From IMG/VR virus record IMGVR_UViG_3300030102_006261, positions 32,001-96,000 of that record: DNA of 64,000 bases, one strand, 5' to 3'. The notes under the pieces were generated by a model. It worked only from the letters and a program-made list of their open reading frames with translations. It was not told the DNA's origin and ran no database searches. Origin of the DNA: a virus. Of this stretch, positions 1-8,972 are shown piece by piece. The translations under genes were made by a program, and so were the position numbers. Position 1 is the first letter of the stretch, and each line of letters opens with the position of its first letter.

Positions 1-12
1 ATTGGGGCTTCG

Positions 13-867
13 TTGTTGGGTTTAGAGAGTAATGCATCATTTATTAATGTTTTTGGTCACGAAGATATCGGCAATTTACCACACCTAAACTACACCAACG
101 AAGATGGTGCGAATATTACAGACCAAGAATTCTTTTCTGGATCACCCGGTGAAGTCTACGTATCATACCTAAACTCAAGTGGAGAAGCTCCGAGTTCGTC
201 AGAGCAAAGTATATTTTTCAATCAACTAAAAACTAAGTCGGTTGCCGGTTTATCGCTTCTTTATTATCCACCAAGAGTTGGTGAGTTGGTTGTCAAAATT
301 CAAAATCCATCCGAGCAAGAAATAAACACATTCAACACATTATTTCCAGATGGTTTCACCGACGTAAACTCAGAACTATTTGCAAATAGTGGTGGTCGTG
401 CTTTTAGCACAGCGACTATAACTTTTACTGATAACCCAAATAATGCCAGTGGTGGTAAGTTTTTCTTTAAAAACAAAATGGATCGAAACGTTCCATTCGT
501 AATGACTCCTGAAACGTTTATTCCACGACCAGATGAATTAGATACGACTGGAGTATGGTATGATTTGAGTTCAATTACAATTGATGAACCTTCTAGTGGA
601 AATGATGGTTATTTCTCACCTATTTTCGCTGCTGATGCCGAACAATATATTACCCAAGCCGGAGCCTGGTTTACCGCGTCCAAGCAAATAGGAGCCATAT
701 ATTGGGACACGGGAGAGATACAGATACTTAGTTTACAACAAAGCCCTGTTGATTATGGTAATATTACCTTTAGTGCGAATGTGGACTTCAACGCGGCAAA
801 TCAAAACCAAACAATTTACGCTCCACACAATTTCTACCTATCCTCTAAACTGGAAAATACCTCGTGA
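13..867 (+). CDS. Baseplate wedge subunit, gp6-like (C-terminal part; the gene probably begins before the window)
   Basis: C-terminal IGAIYWDTGEIQI resembles the G-x-I-D/Y-Y-x-T-G motif ending T4-like gp6; lies directly upstream of gp7- and gp8-like genes. Confidence 0.55.
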   Translation: MLGLESNASFINVFGHEDIGNLPHLNYTNEDGANITDQEFFSGSPGEVYVSYLNSSGEAPSSSEQSIFFNQLKTKSVAGLSLLYYPPRVGELVVKIQNPSEQEINTFNTLFPDGFTDVNSELFANSGGRAFSTATITFTDNPNNASGGKFFFKNKMDRNVPFVMTPETFIPRPDELDTTGVWYDLSSITIDEPSSGNDGYFSPIFAADAEQYITQAGAWFTASKQIGAIYWDTGEIQILSLQQSPVDYGNITFSANVDFNAANQNQTIYAPHNFYLSSKLENTS

Positions 868-1727
868 CACTATCGATTCTAGGACATCCAGATCAGAACC
901 CATCAGCAGGTGCAAGTGCTTCAGCAAATCTAATCACTCTGCGTGATAGTGTTGTTTCTACGTTTCCAGCGCAAAGATCTACCGCCCTTCTTCCAGAATC
1001 TGAAATAGAACGATCTTGTACGGGAAGACCACCATTCGACGTTCTAAATCAATTTCCCAGATGGATTCAAAAAAGACACAACAGTGGTGATAGCACTCTT
1101 ATTACTTTGATGGAATACTACTATAAATGGCTTTATTGTGAATTCGGAAGTGGATATATTTTAGATGACAGAATGTCATCGATACATGATATTGATGAAA
1201 CAACTGATGAATTTGTTGATCTTATTGCCAGAACATACGCACCAGATTTAGATGTGATTTCAGGTATTGCATCAGTTTCAACAAGCAGAGAATTCATTAA
1301 AAATATAAGAAAAGTTCTGTACTCATCAAAAGGCACAAAACAATCAATATACCATTTCTTCAACACGCTGTTTAAAGATTTTGTTTACGTTGAGATATTG
1401 TATCCAAATGATAATTATGGTGAGGGTGAGTCAATTGGCATTGGGGGTGCGGGTGATCCATTTAGAACAAATTCATCATTATTATCTGACTCAACACATA
1501 GATTAAATGAAGGACAGTCACAAGAGGTAAATCTAGGATCTGCCGGTAGTGGATCAGGTGAAATGTTTACGTATAGTGTAAAGGCGTATTTTACTGATTC
1601 TGGTATACCTCTAACCGAGCAACAAAAAAGAGATATAGAATCTTTGTATAGAAGGTTAATTCATCCGGTAGGAATGAAACTAAATTTTGAAATAAACACA
1701 ACCAACCTATTAAGAAACATAGACTAA
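864..1727 (+). CDS. Baseplate wedge initiator, compact gp7-like
   Basis: FPRWI..., MEYYYKWL, DIDET, FIKNIR..Y.SKGT..S...FF..LF and C-terminal IHPVGM motifs typical of marine T4-like gp7; GTGA overlap with upstream gene. Confidence 0.65.
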   Translation: MTLSILGHPDQNPSAGASASANLITLRDSVVSTFPAQRSTALLPESEIERSCTGRPPFDVLNQFPRWIQKRHNSGDSTLITLMEYYYKWLYCEFGSGYILDDRMSSIHDIDETTDEFVDLIARTYAPDLDVISGIASVSTSREFIKNIRKVLYSSKGTKQSIYHFFNTLFKDFVYVEILYPNDNYGEGESIGIGGAGDPFRTNSSLLSDSTHRLNEGQSQEVNLGSAGSGSGEMFTYSVKAYFTDSGIPLTEQQKRDIESLYRRLIHPVGMKLNFEINTTNLLRNID

Positions 1728-1728
1728 C

Positions 1729-2259
1729 ATGGTATACGCGGGGGACGGACAATCAAAGTTTACTACAGGTAAAAGTAGTAAAAAAGATAAAGCTAAACGT
1801 AATGCCGGTGAGATAAAAAGTTCTGGTAAAAGTTATGATAAAAGTTTTAGAAATGTGGTTGAAATCATAGAACCCGTTATTGGTAGTCTTTATAGTGTGT
1901 TTGGTGGTGGTGGATATGAATTTACAGCGGACGTTACTGGAACGGGAAACGGGGCAACCGGAGGAACTGGGTTAAATGAAGTTACAATCATACACAATTA
2001 TCTACCTTATGAACTTTCATCAGTTTCTGACCTAGGAATAACGGTTGGTTGCTCTGGATCAGGTTATCGTGGATGGTCTGGTGGTGTCACCGGGGCTACA
2101 TATAATGAAATCACATATGCACATCCTGATTGGTCTAACTCGATTATATCAGGATCCTCTTTTGGTGCTATTTCTTTAGGTGATTTCTTTGTTTTGACCG
2201 GAACATCAGAAAACGATTCAAGGCAGTGTTGCTATTCATGTCCAGCCACTGGATATTAA
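1729..2259 (+). CDS. Hypothetical virion/baseplate protein, Gly/Thr-rich with Cys-rich C-terminus
   Basis: 176-aa ORF filling the gap between gp7- and gp8-like genes; GATG/GVTG motifs; ends CCYSCPATGY. Confidence 0.6.
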   Translation: MVYAGDGQSKFTTGKSSKKDKAKRNAGEIKSSGKSYDKSFRNVVEIIEPVIGSLYSVFGGGGYEFTADVTGTGNGATGGTGLNEVTIIHNYLPYELSSVSDLGITVGCSGSGYRGWSGGVTGATYNEITYAHPDWSNSIISGSSFGAISLGDFFVLTGTSENDSRQCCYSCPATGY

Positions 2260-2272
2260 AGGGAAATAATTA

Positions 2273-4096
2273 ATGGCTACTAATAGAACAGTTACAAATA
2301 CAATGTCCTCCAGTAACGTGCTGGATGCTTATAATTTAGTAGGAACTGATGGTAGACATCAAGTTTTATTTTTAGGTGGTTTAACAGGTAATTCACCGAA
2401 TACAAATACACCTTTCGATCGAAACCGCATTTCAAACGAAATCAGTATAGTAAAACGAATAAAAAGAAATGACGTTATTCCCGTAGTTCAAAGAGTTGAT
2501 TGGACATCCGGCTCACCATATAATTATTATAACACAAGAGATGGTAACGTTGCGGATGGATCATACGCTTACTATGCCCTCGCGAGCAATGGTGTAGTTT
2601 ACTTGTGTTTAAGTAATAACGACAAAAATAGATCTGATCTTTCTTTACAGATCGCATCCACCGTAGAACCTAGTCATAGGGTGGGAATACAAAAATATTC
2701 TGATGGCTACACTTGGATGGCACTATTTAAAATTGACTACACTCTTAGCAAATTCTTAACATCAAATTGGATTCCTGTTCCTATATTAGAAAATTTATTT
2801 TCTGAGTTAAATACAGGTAACAGTCTAGTTGGACTTGCCACTGATATCTGTGGCTCTAGTGCTGGTGTTCTTGGAGCTTGTTGCTTATATAATAAAACCA
2901 AGGAATTCGATCCGATAACGTCTATCGAAATAACGGGGGGTAATCTTTTTGATTGTTTCTCATCAATACCATGTTACAGATGTAAAGAAATTTCAGATGC
3001 TCTGAATAAAGAGAGAGTTTTTATACAAGGAGCAACTTGTGCATCCTGCCCACCAACGACAGAAATACAAAGTCTAATTGAGAAGATAGACGCTAAAAGG
3101 GACAATTTTGCAAAAAATTCTACTATTATAACTCAGAGAGATATACAGCAAGACTCTGAAATCAATGACGGTAGAATATTGTCAGCGTTCATAGACTTAT
3201 CCGGAATTAGTGCCAGTAATTTGATAACGACAGAACAAAATCCTGTGGTTGATCTGAATAATGGTGGCGCTGACGGAGACGTAAGACTAAGCACATATCC
3301 AATTATAGATCCAAACGAAAGAACTCGCAAATATGTGATTGATGGAATTTTTGTAAACAATCCCGGAAACGGATATCATGTAGTAGATCCATACGTGGAG
3401 CCAGCTGGTAACTCAATCGCAGACATATTATCATCTCGATTGTTCATTAACCTTGACACAAGAGGAAGTCTCAGCAAAGACTTAGTTGAAATTTTAAATG
3501 TTAACAAATTGCTAACCAAAGTATGTCTAACATCAGAGGAAATTCAAACTCTAAATTCAAAGGCACGACACCAGAAGTTTAGTAGATTTGGAATTTTACA
3601 ACAGGTTAAGGATTCAAATGGTAGAATTATTGGTCAAGGTTTAAATACAAATGAAGGTGCAATTAAATCAGCAACTTACTTAATCACTGCCACCACATCA
3701 TCTTCCCAAACAATGCGAATAGGTGAACAGTTATCATCCGAATCGGGTATTATTCTAGCGAACGGGAATGCAAAACCATTCCAGAATAGTGGTAGAATAG
3801 TGGGTGTGGATGCAACTGGAGGCACTAATCATGTTCTAAGGATTATGACAGACAAAAAGTTATCCGTTGGAGAACAATACTATGTCAGCATTGATCCAAT
3901 ACAAGGTGGTATTCCATTCAATCCGAAATTAATTACATTAACAACTGTTAACGAACCCGATGTTGATCTTGATTTAACTGAGACTAAAGTTTTACACACA
4001 GGTAACACAAACATAGATATTCCGTTCCAGACAGAGTTCCTTTCTGGAAGCACACCAAGAAAAGAATATTGTTTCGAATTCGTAAAGGTTTTCTAA
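2273..4096 (+). CDS. gp8: Baseplate wedge subunit gp8-like
   Basis: RVDWTSG..Y, VYLCLSNN, ST.EP.H, DGYTW..LF.I and KFLTSNWIPVP motifs characteristic of gp8. Confidence 0.8.
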   Translation: MATNRTVTNTMSSSNVLDAYNLVGTDGRHQVLFLGGLTGNSPNTNTPFDRNRISNEISIVKRIKRNDVIPVVQRVDWTSGSPYNYYNTRDGNVADGSYAYYALASNGVVYLCLSNNDKNRSDLSLQIASTVEPSHRVGIQKYSDGYTWMALFKIDYTLSKFLTSNWIPVPILENLFSELNTGNSLVGLATDICGSSAGVLGACCLYNKTKEFDPITSIEITGGNLFDCFSSIPCYRCKEISDALNKERVFIQGATCASCPPTTEIQSLIEKIDAKRDNFAKNSTIITQRDIQQDSEINDGRILSAFIDLSGISASNLITTEQNPVVDLNNGGADGDVRLSTYPIIDPNERTRKYVIDGIFVNNPGNGYHVVDPYVEPAGNSIADILSSRLFINLDTRGSLSKDLVEILNVNKLLTKVCLTSEEIQTLNSKARHQKFSRFGILQQVKDSNGRIIGQGLNTNEGAIKSATYLITATTSSSQTMRIGEQLSSESGIILANGNAKPFQNSGRIVGVDATGGTNHVLRIMTDKKLSVGEQYYVSIDPIQGGIPFNPKLITLTTVNEPDVDLDLTETKVLHTGNTNIDIPFQTEFLSGSTPRKEYCFEFVKVF

Positions 4097-4097
4097 A

Positions 4098-5222
4098 ATG
4101 GCAGATGACGATACTGATTACACAAAATTTCCAATAACAGCTCGGGACACAATCTTTCAGGTTGGTGATAATACTTTTCAAGTAGATAACAAGTTTCCCA
4201 TGACAGACAATCCGTATGGTAGTCGTCTTGCGAGTCAGATTGCTCTACCAATCTCAGAGAGACAGAACACCAAGAATTATTATCTTCTTGGTTTTGCTCC
4301 ACAGAGAGCACTGCAAGCTGAAGATTTAAATGAAGTCCAAGAGAGATTCATGGTCAATAATACGCTGACTCAGCAAATGTGGTCAAATTGGAATTCATTC
4401 AACAACATGCAGACATGTGAATTTGGACCTGGATGGTTTGGCACCACTCCACTATATCCTCATGTTTGGAAATCAAACATTCGTTACTTGGACGAGCTAA
4501 TTTATTCCGAGGGTAATGTAAATGAACTTATATACGAAAAACCCAAAAACTTAATTAGTATTGATCATAAGTCCTTTTCTATTGGACTCGCACAAACATA
4601 TGATATACAGCTAACTCTGAATCCAGGCTGGTATTACATAAACGATACCTACACAACGGCATCGACACACGACAGTTCTGGACTTAAGTATTGGTATTAT
4701 CTTAAAGAAACAATTCACTCAGAGGTGGTTACAGTTATAGTAACTTACAATTTAGCTCCTATAGGGTTTACGATAAGCTCTCCAACGCACCCACAGGAGA
4801 TTATAGTAGAAAATAACGGTACCATGAATGCACATGTAGAACTTCCAATTGGAATTGTTCTGGACGATCTTAACTATGTTTCTGGTGGTGAGTTCCAATC
4901 AGGTGATTCTGACTCTGGAGCTGATCGTGTCGAAGTAAAGATAAAACCAAAGTTAGGATCTGGTACTACAGATGATCTAAGAACACCATCATACATCGGA
5001 TATGTTACCTTCGAAGATATAGGTATACCGTTTATTGGTGCGGGGCAGTCTATTGGATCGATACGAGCCAAATATCTCAACAATGTAAACTTAGACCTGT
5101 CTTCCATGAACAGAGTGGATGAATCAGATGGTGGTACTGATGGTCTTGGATTAGACAGGGGCGGATCTCAGTCAAATTATGATAATACAATTCTCCCTGA
5201 TGAAACTACGGAGTTTATTTGA
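4098..5222 (+). CDS. Virion structural protein, DUF4815/VrlC-like N-terminal domain (paralog 1)
   Basis: NYY..GF.P.RALQA.DLNE.Q motif typical of the DUF4815 N-terminus found after gp8 in marine T4-likes; GADR motif. Confidence 0.55.
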   Translation: MADDDTDYTKFPITARDTIFQVGDNTFQVDNKFPMTDNPYGSRLASQIALPISERQNTKNYYLLGFAPQRALQAEDLNEVQERFMVNNTLTQQMWSNWNSFNNMQTCEFGPGWFGTTPLYPHVWKSNIRYLDELIYSEGNVNELIYEKPKNLISIDHKSFSIGLAQTYDIQLTLNPGWYYINDTYTTASTHDSSGLKYWYYLKETIHSEVVTVIVTYNLAPIGFTISSPTHPQEIIVENNGTMNAHVELPIGIVLDDLNYVSGGEFQSGDSDSGADRVEVKIKPKLGSGTTDDLRTPSYIGYVTFEDIGIPFIGAGQSIGSIRAKYLNNVNLDLSSMNRVDESDGGTDGLGLDRGGSQSNYDNTILPDETTEFI

Positions 5223-6793
5223 TGCCAGTAGATCTCCGAAAATTCCCGCTACTTGCTTCTGAAAATACAAAATTACCTCTGGATAATTTAACATACGGAA
5301 GTAGACTTAAGAACTTCTATGTGGATGATGTAGACACAAAGAATTACATCGCGACTGCATTTCGTAATATTGGGGATGTGATACAAGCAGGTGAGCTAAA
5401 CGAGATATATGAGAGACAAATACTGCACGACACGTTGACTCACCAGATGTGGTCGAATTGGTCTGCATTCATATACCCACCAGATGGGGCTCCACTTGCA
5501 CCAGCACCAACTTTTGGTCCTGGCTGGGCGGGTACTACACCATTATATCCCGGTGCATTTGATGCGAACTCACAAAAAATTACTGATACTCGTCCATATT
5601 CACAAGTTGAAGCAGCTCTTTTCTTTGAAACCGTTAATACTAATGATATTGGATCTGGTTATTTACAAGCAGATCTAAAATTATTATTTAACACTGGTTG
5701 GTATTTAATAACCGAAAACACATTTGTTACACCAAGAAGTATGGGTGAGTCGGCCGCGGCTAATACTTTATATGATAGAGTTGTGCAGGCAAGTGGATTA
5801 AAACATTGGTACTACTTAAAACAACCAATATTATTTGATATACGTTTACTGGGAGTAAATAGCACTGGTTCTGCTGCGGGCGCGGTGCCTAACGTAGAAG
5901 CTGTCATGTTTAATGAAAACACATCTTACCTAATAAATTGGCAAAATTCTACTAAGGTAGCTTTCAGTATGCAAGGTCAAGAACTTTATGATCAAGCACA
6001 TTTCAATCAACATATAAGGGACACACACGACGGTGGATATTTTGCTTTAGATTTTGCAGATAAATCACTATGTCAACATATTGATCCAGTAAATTGCGAA
6101 GAAGATCAAACACATGATTCTAATGATGGTATACCGACTGGTAGTGTGTCTGATTCAAATCCAATTCAAACCACATCGATAGTGGACGATCCACTCTTTG
6201 CAAACCCAATAAATATTAACGCATCGGATGATGGTAACTCAAGAAGAGTACAAGTAAAAGCTGTTCCAAGATTTAGAACGGCAATAAATCATAGAATGGA
6301 TCCACTTTATGCGGCCGAATCAATTACACCATTCGTCGAGGAAGGCTCCGGAACCGTAGAAGCTAGAGCGCGAACCACAAATATTGTTCTCGGTAACATG
6401 AGGTTAAATACAAATCCTGGCGGTGATCAAACGCAAGATCAAGTTCCATCTTATTCTTTATGTGTTCAGGCTGAACACAACACACAAGGCACAGCAAACG
6501 CATTCTTTAACTTGTCCACATACCTTGATACACATGCACCTAATATGGTCATTCAGGACACTTTTGATATAAATGAAGTGATAAATCTTAGAGATCAAGT
6601 GTTCCAACAAATGAAAGAGGGAGTCAAGCCTCGATTTATAAATAATGTAAGAGTGAATACGACGGTATATGATGCGGATAACGAAGGGCAAACTGATGCC
6701 AGAAATGAGTGGAATAGTCATTTTTCAGAGTTAAATGATGCGTTAGTAATAACTAAATTTAATGTAGACTTACGACAGGTAGAACCAATTTGA
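5222..6793 (+). CDS. Virion structural protein, DUF4815-like (paralog 2)
   Basis: Shares YGSRL, TKNY, QA.(D/E)LNE, TLT.QMWSNW, FGPGW.GTTPLYP and SGLK.WYYLK blocks with the upstream gene; TGATG overlap puts the start at 5222. Confidence 0.55.
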   Translation: MPVDLRKFPLLASENTKLPLDNLTYGSRLKNFYVDDVDTKNYIATAFRNIGDVIQAGELNEIYERQILHDTLTHQMWSNWSAFIYPPDGAPLAPAPTFGPGWAGTTPLYPGAFDANSQKITDTRPYSQVEAALFFETVNTNDIGSGYLQADLKLLFNTGWYLITENTFVTPRSMGESAAANTLYDRVVQASGLKHWYYLKQPILFDIRLLGVNSTGSAAGAVPNVEAVMFNENTSYLINWQNSTKVAFSMQGQELYDQAHFNQHIRDTHDGGYFALDFADKSLCQHIDPVNCEEDQTHDSNDGIPTGSVSDSNPIQTTSIVDDPLFANPININASDDGNSRRVQVKAVPRFRTAINHRMDPLYAAESITPFVEEGSGTVEARARTTNIVLGNMRLNTNPGGDQTQDQVPSYSLCVQAEHNTQGTANAFFNLSTYLDTHAPNMVIQDTFDINEVINLRDQVFQQMKEGVKPRFINNVRVNTTVYDADNEGQTDARNEWNSHFSELNDALVITKFNVDLRQVEPI

Positions 6794-6803
6794 GGGAAAT
6801 TAA

Positions 6804-8957
6804 ATGGGCGTTGAAGACAATCTATTCGAAATAAATGAACTAGAGACTAGCGACACATTTCAAAGTTGGTTCACTAAAACTAACGCAGAAATCATTGCAA
6901 AGTTAAACAAACTAAAGATCTATGATCTAGAACTTTCAAACATTTCTGGTCTGAGTGGTGCAGTAGGGACTACTGCTGCTGGAACTGGTACTGCCGGTAA
7001 ACTAGAACTCAAACTATTACATACGATTCCACACGGTTTAACTCTGCAAGGTAACGCCACCATTACAGGTTCACTAGAAGCTGGTAGTTTTGCTGGTCCA
7101 AATTCATTTATTCTCAGGGGGCAGGTTGTTGACGGTGTAACCACTGCGTTTGATTTTGGTACGTTCGTTAGAATGGACTCCACAGGTCTTACTAAAGCGA
7201 AAGCAGATTCTGATACCAATGCAGAAGTTCTTGGTATGGTTACAGGAACATCTGATAACAGTATCACTGTAGCTCAGAGTGGATCAGTCACTGGTTTATT
7301 CTCACCCACAATGACAACTGGTGGTGTCTTCTTCCTAGATCCAAACGTAGCGGGTGGTTTTACAGCAACGGAACCAAACTTAGCAGGTCAAGTATCAAAA
7401 CCAGTTCTTATTGGAGGATCGGGTGATACAAACGCTGTTCTCCTATCAATGAGAGGTCAGTTACTACAAGACACTGGAACAGGTAACACTGGTGGATTTG
7501 CAACTCACAAAATTTATGTAAACACTGGATCAATTGATCACCACTTAGTTAAAGGTAAAGTGGTTGCATATAGCCCGGATACTTTAACATTCACCGATGG
7601 TAGATCTCAATTCAATGGATTCTTCCTCGCAAAGAATGATAAAAATATTGATGATACAATCGGTATTGTCACAGGTGAACCGGCTGCCGATACAATTGAA
7701 ATTACAACATCTGGACTAGCAGAGGGCATACCATCCGAGTACGGTAGAGGTAAGTTGTATGTTTCCGGTGTTACGGGTGAACTTAGAAATAATCCAGCCA
7801 CAAATCGAAGAAAACTTTTTGCGATAAATTTTGATCAATCAAATAACAACGCAATAGTCGTCAACCAAGCATCTGTCGCAGTAACGGATCTTCTTTCTGG
7901 ATCATCCCCAAACATACTAATTAACGGTGGATTTGATCTTTGGCAGAGATATCCAACTGGTGCAACAATTACAAGTGTCGATAATATCTATTCCACAGAT
8001 AGGTGGGTTCGCAACCTGAGTGCGACTGGTGCGACACTTTCAGCAGCCACATTTATCAGAAGAAAAGAATTTGATGTTGATCAAGTGGATATTAAGGGTA
8101 ACCCAAAATATTACTTAAGAACACATAATGTCATTACGGGGGCTGTAACTGGAGATCACCTACATTTTGAAAATAGGATTGAAGACTCTAGAACATTAGC
8201 AAGCGAAACTGCAACGGTAAGTGGATATGTTAGATCCGGTGCGGGTAAAGTGATTCCAATACGAATTAAACAAGTATGGAATGGTGTAACTGGATCTGAG
8301 TATAGTGGGGGAACTTTAGAATCATCCACAGATTGGGGATTCTTCAGTAGCACGTTCGATGTTCCCGGTATAACTGGAGCGTCTGCTAATCCAGAAATAA
8401 CTGGCGATCACTACTTGGCTCTTGCGTTTGATTTAACAAATGCAACAAATACTTTCCATGACTTTGCCCAGATAAAACTAGAACATGGTGACAAGGCAAC
8501 CGCCTTCTTCCCAGTCAACGCAGACGATGAACTCAGAAAATCTAGTCGATATTACCAGAGGAGTTACCGACTAGAAGAATTTACTGGTCAAGTCACCAAG
8601 GGTGGTGGTGTAGTTGACTCACACATAGTAGAATTTACACACACTCCATACAACGAAACTTCCTTCAAATATCCAGTTCCTATGAGAACTACACCACTGG
8701 TTAAACTCTACTCTCCAGACTCCGGTAATCAAGATGCATTCAACGCAGCGGCGAAAAGAGATCTCAGAAATACATCGGGAACGATAGCATTTGACGGCAC
8801 TGTTCGCATATGTGAGTCTGGTGTGACTGCCATAACTTCATTCCAAACATCCAGAATAGCCACAAGATTCAAAATTCATGCTGGAGCACATAGATTCGAT
8901 ACGATTCAATTGCACTATGTTGCGGATGCAGACTATAACAATAACGTAACAACATAA
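6804..8957 (+). CDS. Tail fibre / virion structural protein
   Basis: N-terminal SDTF..W..KTN attachment motif; C-terminal NILINGGFDLWQR...DRW...LE.G..AT.F...EL...RYYQ domain common in phage fibres. Confidence 0.65.
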   Translation: MGVEDNLFEINELETSDTFQSWFTKTNAEIIAKLNKLKIYDLELSNISGLSGAVGTTAAGTGTAGKLELKLLHTIPHGLTLQGNATITGSLEAGSFAGPNSFILRGQVVDGVTTAFDFGTFVRMDSTGLTKAKADSDTNAEVLGMVTGTSDNSITVAQSGSVTGLFSPTMTTGGVFFLDPNVAGGFTATEPNLAGQVSKPVLIGGSGDTNAVLLSMRGQLLQDTGTGNTGGFATHKIYVNTGSIDHHLVKGKVVAYSPDTLTFTDGRSQFNGFFLAKNDKNIDDTIGIVTGEPAADTIEITTSGLAEGIPSEYGRGKLYVSGVTGELRNNPATNRRKLFAINFDQSNNNAIVVNQASVAVTDLLSGSSPNILINGGFDLWQRYPTGATITSVDNIYSTDRWVRNLSATGATLSAATFIRRKEFDVDQVDIKGNPKYYLRTHNVITGAVTGDHLHFENRIEDSRTLASETATVSGYVRSGAGKVIPIRIKQVWNGVTGSEYSGGTLESSTDWGFFSSTFDVPGITGASANPEITGDHYLALAFDLTNATNTFHDFAQIKLEHGDKATAFFPVNADDELRKSSRYYQRSYRLEEFTGQVTKGGGVVDSHIVEFTHTPYNETSFKYPVPMRTTPLVKLYSPDSGNQDAFNAAAKRDLRNTSGTIAFDGTVRICESGVTAITSFQTSRIATRFKIHAGAHRFDTIQLHYVADADYNNNVTT

Positions 8958-8972
8958 GTCTAGGAAAAAACA

